Assembly: GCA_963749155.1 (NCBI GenBank)
Contig: CAVVLO010000001.1
Span: 768,001 to 832,000, forward strand
Direction: 5' to 3'
DNA from: an uncultured Armatimonadia bacterium
GTDB lineage: Bacteria; Armatimonadota; Zipacnadia; CAVVLO01
DNA length: 64,000 nucleotides
The number at the start of each line of letters is the position of its first letter. The first letter of the stretch is position 1. Below are positions 59,177 to 64,000 of the stretch, piece by piece. The notes below the pieces were generated by a model. The model had not been told where the DNA came from, ran no database searches, and worked only from the letters and a program-made list of their open reading frames with translations. The position numbers were made by a program, and so were the translations under genes.

Positions 59177-60547
59177 TCAACAGGTGACGTGGACCAGCAG
59201 GGCCTTGGTGTCACGAGAGGAGTTAAAGGCATGAATGGCCGCGGGTGTGGGCAGGGCAGTAAGCTCTATGCCTTCCTCCTCAAGCAGGTGGCGGGCTTCC
59301 TCTGTGACACTCAGGCCATCGTTGTAACCAGTGCCAACGAAGACGCGCCTGGGGCGCGGCTCGAGCACGCGGCGGACTTCATCCGGGCCCAGCATATGAG
59401 AGGTGCCGAACTGCTTGCGCGAAAGCTTCTTGTCTCTCTTCTTTACGGTGCCATCGGCGAAGACGTAGAAGTCTTTTTCAACCAGCTCCCCGTTAACCTC
59501 AATGCGCCCAAATCCCGCCGCATCGAGGCGCGGGTAGGGGGCGACATGCTCGCCGAAATCGTAGGTAGCGCCGGGGACAGGTTCTCCGAGTTCGAGGCGT
59601 AGCTGTACCATAGCGCCAAGCGCCACGGCATCTTCTCCGAGTTGGGCGCGCTCCAGGAGGACCTTTTCTGGAAGCGCTATTGGATCGGCTTGCAGTTGGG
59701 CCAGGAGCCGGGGCAGCATATAGTCACCGATGGCTTCCCAGATACCCCCTCCCAGCACGATTACATGGGGATCGAAACAATGACGCAGGTCCATAAGCGC
59801 CATCCCAAGCTTATGGGTGGCCCTTTCGATGAGCGGCAATATAAGAGGATCCTGCTCTGCGATGCCGGCGCGAAGGAGATCGCCAAAGGCGTGAGGCGCC
59901 TTGCTGGTCAGCGCGGCAAGGCCCGGATGGCTTGCTTTGGTGAAGGCGGCGCGAAGGTCGCGTTCGAGAGCCCATTTACCGGTATAGGCTTCGACGCAGC
60001 CCTTGTTGCCACAGGTGCATTGGGCGCCATCAGGCTCCACACAGATATGCCCAAACTCGCCCGCCATACAGGTGGCGCCGATTATGGGCCGGCCTCTAAG
60101 TACGATACCGCCCCCGAGGCCGGTGCCGATAAATACGCCAAGAACCAGCTCCTGGCCAACGCCTGCGCCAAGCCAGGCTTCAGCCAGGGTGCCCAGGTTT
60201 ACATCATTGCCAACGGTAACCGGAACACCAAAAACATCGCTTAGCTGCTGGCCAAGGGGCAGGCGGTCAAGTTCCAGATTGTGAGCGGCTTCGACGACGC
60301 CAGTGGAGGGATCCACCAGACCAGGCATCCCAACGCCTAGCCCTCGAAGGGGGCGATGAGTAACTTCCTGTCTGGCGAGAAAATCCCCAAGGGTCGAAAT
60401 CAGAGCGGGAGTAAAGCCTTCCTGGCCCTTGGGCGTAGCCCACCTGGTCGAGGCCAGCTTGGCGCCCCCTCGGTCATAGAGGTTGCACAGGGTCTTCGTG
60501 CCCCCGATATCAAGTGCCAGGTACAGAGGCGATTCGGATTGCGGCAT
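59177..60547 (-). CDS. ROK-family sugar kinase fused to a C-terminal Mth938/AAMDC-like (DUF498) domain
   Basis: DIGGTK, G.GMPG, NDVN, GTGLGGG, AGEFGH, CTCG..GC.E; then FG.I.VNG....D..V, SH.L...EV, VGTG....L.V..EA, LPT..AI..FN, HVTC. Confidence 0.88.
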   Translation of the reverse strand: MPQSESPLYLALDIGGTKTLCNLYDRGGAKLASTRWATPKGQEGFTPALISTLGDFLARQEVTHRPLRGLGVGMPGLVDPSTGVVEAAHNLELDRLPLGQQLSDVFGVPVTVGNDVNLGTLAEAWLGAGVGQELVLGVFIGTGLGGGIVLRGRPIIGATCMAGEFGHICVEPDGAQCTCGNKGCVEAYTGKWALERDLRAAFTKASHPGLAALTSKAPHAFGDLLRAGIAEQDPLILPLIERATHKLGMALMDLRHCFDPHVIVLGGGIWEAIGDYMLPRLLAQLQADPIALPEKVLLERAQLGEDAVALGAMVQLRLELGEPVPGATYDFGEHVAPYPRLDAAGFGRIEVNGELVEKDFYVFADGTVKKRDKKLSRKQFGTSHMLGPDEVRRVLEPRPRRVFVGTGYNDGLSVTEEARHLLEEEGIELTALPTPAAIHAFNSSRDTKALLVHVTC

Positions 60548-60595
60548 CCGGGCTCCTCCAAGCCGCGCGTTTATCGTTTGGTGCAGTGTTTTACT

Positions 60596-60623
60596 ATTAT
60601 AAGCGGCTGGCAGGCTTTGGCAA
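60596..60623 (-). promoter_or_regulatory. sigma70 promoter for the ROK-CHAD-HD unit
   Basis: minus strand TTGCCA-16 nt-TATAAT. Confidence 0.7.
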
Positions 60624-60626
60624 GTG

Positions 60627-60656
60627 AAAAGGGGCCGGCCTGGGAGGGCCGACCCC
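60627..60656 (-). terminator. intrinsic terminator after the TMK-like pair
   Basis: minus strand GGGGTCGGCC-N6-GGCCGGCCCC + TTTT. Confidence 0.7.
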
Positions 60657-60680
60657 GGAAAGTCAGGTTATATCGGAGGC

Positions 60681-61529
60681 TTATTTTTCCATAAACTCGG
60701 AAAGGAAAGCCTTTAGCGCATCGAGCATAGAAGTTTTTTCTGCGCCGACAGGGGCTTCGTTGTCCTCGTAATCACGCGGGCCTGTCATCATCGGGGCCTG
60801 GTCCACGAGGCGGGCGATATCAACACTGCCCGGCACCATATCTGCAACTACCGGGGCAATGCCTCGTTTGAGTTCGCCAAAAACTTCGCTAACACTACAG
60901 GTCGCATCTATTACGGTGCCGTTATACTCGGCTGACAGCCGGTCATATTCAGCGAGCAGAAGAGACTGATATTTGACGAAAGCCTCAAACATCGTACGCT
61001 CGTGGAAGATGTCCATCCCCGATTCCCAGTAGTCGAAACCACCACTTGCAAGCACGCGCGGGACCAGAGCTTCGAGGGTAGGTTTCAGGTAGAAGATGGC
61101 TTCGGGTTTGAGGGCGAAGCCATAAAGCCGCTTCAGCCACTCTCTATCCAGGCCCCGGACTGCAGACCGGGCCATCAGCGAGTAAATATAGCGGTCTGTC
61201 AAGACCACGAAACCTGCGCGCAAGGCAGGGATGACCTGATTCTCAATGCGGTCAGCGAAGTCAGTGGCATAGAAAAGACATTGAGTTTCGCGGCCCATTG
61301 TATGGCCTTGTTTGGCTTCCTGGATATGCTGTCCGGCAAGCACTGAACGAGTAAAGCCCGTATCGAAGACCGCCAGACCCGAACTTTCGAGCCAGCGTTT
61401 GACTAGCTGTGCCTGGGTGCTGCGGCCAACTCCGTCAGTGCCCTCCAGGGCGATAAGCTTGCCTGGGAACTCCTTTTCGGTAAGGCCTGGGAAGGGCGAA
61501 CCATAGGTCTCAGCCTTCATTGTTACCAT
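60681..61529 (-). CDS. thymidylate-kinase-fold protein with degenerate Walker A (PPK3 regulatory-subunit-like)
   Basis: LIALEGTDGVGRSTQ (Arg for Lys), YATDFADR.E..V.PAL.AG..VL.DRY.YS..AR. Confidence 0.75.
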   Translation of the reverse strand: MVTMKAETYGSPFPGLTEKEFPGKLIALEGTDGVGRSTQAQLVKRWLESSGLAVFDTGFTRSVLAGQHIQEAKQGHTMGRETQCLFYATDFADRIENQVIPALRAGFVVLTDRYIYSLMARSAVRGLDREWLKRLYGFALKPEAIFYLKPTLEALVPRVLASGGFDYWESGMDIFHERTMFEAFVKYQSLLLAEYDRLSAEYNGTVIDATCSVSEVFGELKRGIAPVVADMVPGSVDIARLVDQAPMMTGPRDYEDNEAPVGAEKTSMLDALKAFLSEFMEK

Positions 61530-62224
61530 CTCCCGGCCCGTAACTGATGATGGAATCCTTGGGGCGCTTCAGGAGGCCCTTCAGATGAGGTTTCACCAGT
61601 TCGCGCACCTGCTCCTGCTGCTGAGAAATGGGCAAGGTGCCATCAATAACCGTCAGGCCGTATTCTTCTACCATCCTGTCATATTGTTCGAGGATGCGTC
61701 CCTGGAAGAGCGTAAAGCTCTCGTAAGGGTCATCCGAGAGGCCCACGTCCAGCCCCGCTTCGTACCATTTGAGCTCAGGTCGCCCAACGAGGATGCGCTC
61801 GAGGGCAACTTCCAGAGGCACACGGAAATAGAAAGCGATGGTGGGCTTTACGCCAAGGGAATAGACAGAGCGCACCCAGTCGGGATCGCAACCGCGCGCT
61901 ACGTCTCTGGCGAAGGCTGTGAACATATAGCGGTCCGCAAGCACGGCCGCGCCGGCCTCAAGAGGCGGCTTGATATTCCGCTCGGTCCGATCCGCGAAGT
62001 CAGTCGCGTGAATAAGGCTAAAGGTGAGCGGAGTCAGCAGGTGGCGTTTTTTGCCACGCGAGGTGGTGCGTTTCGACCAGCGGCGAGGAGTTCCACTCGC
62101 TGAAAAAAACGCTGTAACCTTCGGAATAGAGCCACTTGTAGAGAAGGTCGCACTGGGTACTCTTGCCCGAGCCGTCGATGCCCTCCACGATGAAGAGCTT
62201 GCCCTGGTATTCGCTGGCTTCCAT
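61510..62224 (-). CDS. thymidylate-kinase-fold protein with intact Walker A (PPK3 catalytic-subunit-like; frameshift near 62075)
   Basis: IVEGIDGSGKSTQ, EWNSS.LV, TP.TFSLIHATDFADR.E, LADRY..TAFARD..RG, YEAG.D. Confidence 0.78.
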
Positions 62225-62355
62225 TGCTGGGGTTCACCTGCCCCTTGGGGATGCTGATATGTTATCTCTAATGAATATCACACTTACCGAGCTTTGCCAA
62301 ACACGAGAGATACTTGACGAGCTACTTCGCTCGGAGAAGAATAGCCGGAGATATT

Positions 62356-64000
62356 ATGGGCAGGCTTTCTCAACAGAAGGTAAAACGGAACGGAGGCGGC
62401 TGTCTGCGCCTGCTGGTCATCCTGGGGGCGCTAGCGCTCGGGCTGGGCGCAGGCTTGCTCATCGGCTGGTTAAAGGGGCCGTTGCCCCCTGTGCCGAAGG
62501 AGCCTGGCATCACCAGGATCACTGACCGGACGGGGGTATTGCTGGCCGAACTCTACCGCGAATACCGCGAGCCAGTGCCGCTTGCTGCCATAAGTCCGGC
62601 CCTGGTGGATGCGGTGCTCGCAGTCGAAGATAGAGCTTTTTATCAGCATCACGGGCTTGACCTAAAAGGCATTGCGCGCGCCCTTTTTGCGAATCTGAGA
62701 CACCGAGAGTGGGCTCAGGGGGGCAGCACCATCACCCAGCAACTGGCCAGGCACCTTTGGCTGTCGCAGGAAAAGAGTCTTAAGCGCAAGGTGAAAGAGG
62801 CTCTGCTCGCTCTCAAGCTGGAGCAGCATTTCTCCAAGACAGAACTGCTTGAGCGTTATCTCAATACGGTATATTTCGGCTCGGGCGCGTATGGAGTGGA
62901 GGCGGCAGCGCGCACCTATTTCCGCAAGGGGGCTGGCGAAGTTTCCCTTCAGCAGGCGGCCTTGCTGGCAGGGCTGATTCGCAATCCGTCGGGTTACTCG
63001 CCCCTCCAGCATCCAGACAGGTCGAAGACGCGCACTGGGCAAGTGTTGCAGGCGATGGTAGAAGCAGGCTTTCTGAAGGCAAGCCTTGCGAAATCAGCGC
63101 GGACCGAACCACCTGGCCTGGCCTCGGGCGCTCCTCAGCGCAAGGGGTGGAAAGCCCCTTATTTTGTCCAGCAGGTGATGCGCGAGCTCGAGCTGGCCCT
63201 GGGCGAAGAGGCCGTTTACAAGCAGGCGCTGGTCGTGCGGACAAGCCTGGACCTGGAAGTGCAGCAAGCGGCCGAGAAAGCCGTTGCTCGCGCTTGCGGG
63301 CGCTTTTCAGGCAGAGGGGTGCGTCAGGCGGCCTGTGTATTGCTCGATATCTACACGGGAGAAGTGCTGGCCTGGGTAGGCGGCAAGAGCTTCGAAGAGA
63401 GCCAGTATGACCGAGTTGTGCAGGCCGAACGGCAGCCAGGATCGGCCTTCAAGCCTTTTGTCTACGCGACGGCGGTAGAGCAACACTACCCCCCCGAGCA
63501 TCTGCTCGAAGACCGCCCTGTTACGATTATGCAGGATGGGACAGTTTACAAACCACGCAACTATGACAGGCGCTACAGGGGCACCGTCACGATGGCGAAA
63601 GCCCTGGTGGATTCGATCAATGTGCCGACAGTCGAGCTGGCGCGTCAGGTGGGGCTGGACAACGTCCTCGCACTGGCAAAGCGGCTCGGGATTACCAGTG
63701 ACCTCAGGCCTTATCTTTCTTCGGTGCTGGGCGCTTCCGAAGTCAAACTGCTGGACATCACGGCGGCTTATGCGAGCTTTGCCAATCTGGGATACGTGGT
63801 AAAACCACGGCTCATACTCGAAGCCCAGGATGAGCGGGGGCTGGATTTGGCCCAGCGCCCGCCCCCCGGTGCATGCGCTGGATGAACAGACGGCCTGGAC
63901 CGTCGGCGAGATGCTTCGCCTTGCTGTAGAATATGGTACAGGCACCCCCGCAAGGTTCGGCAAGTGGGAACTGGGTGGAAAAACAGGCACTTCAAGCGAT
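62356..64000 (+). CDS. class A penicillin-binding protein (PBP1A family; frameshift near 63865, runs off window)
   Basis: N-terminal TM; EDRAFY.H.G, QGGSTITQQL, RK.KE, YLN.VYFG; RQPGS.FKP (SxxK), S.N, GTG..A. Confidence 0.93.

Noticed and set aside
60681..62224. Simple duplication of housekeeping tmk
   Set aside because: Both lack the usual TREPGG motif, one lacks the Walker A Lys, and the context is CHAD/Ppx-HD rather than holB.
62255..62280. TGATAT-N14-ATATCA inverted repeat or Pho box upstream of the kinase pair
   Set aside because: Only 6-bp arms in an AT-rich promoter region and no clear 11-bp direct repeats; too weak to call.

Overview
GC-rich, densely coding bacterial chromosome segment. 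The organism is probably an anaerobic or aerotolerant diderm: it has an outer-membrane beta-barrel, a flavodiiron protein/SOR, a corrinoid protein with its activator, and Firmicutes-like gene order. An Armatimonadota-type lineage is my inference only. From 1-37.5 kb the genes are mostly housekeeping (hisD-hisB; gmk-coaBC-priA-def-fmt; rpmE-thyX-DUF1385-prfA-prmC-sua5-LMW phosphatase), interleaved with a corrinoid activation module and a B12 radical-SAM/SMR flippase/two GT-C cluster. From 38-57.5 kb is a carbohydrate-utilisation region (ABC permeases, PadR, LamG-GH32, GH38, fucose-isomerase family, a large secreted GH, Gfo/Idh/MocA) plus an oxygen-defence ORF. From 57.7-62.2 kb is the most notable locus, an apparent polyphosphate system. 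It has two tandem thymidylate-kinase-fold genes (one with Walker A Lys, one with Arg) resembling the heteromeric family-3 polyphosphate kinase, followed by a ROK kinase fused to an Mth938/AAMDC domain, a CHAD protein and a stand-alone Ppx-type HD domain. At least a dozen genes, including essential ones, carry single-base frameshifts that look like long-read consensus errors, so fusion and pseudogene calls need read-level checks. No rRNA, tRNA, CRISPR array or transposase was seen.
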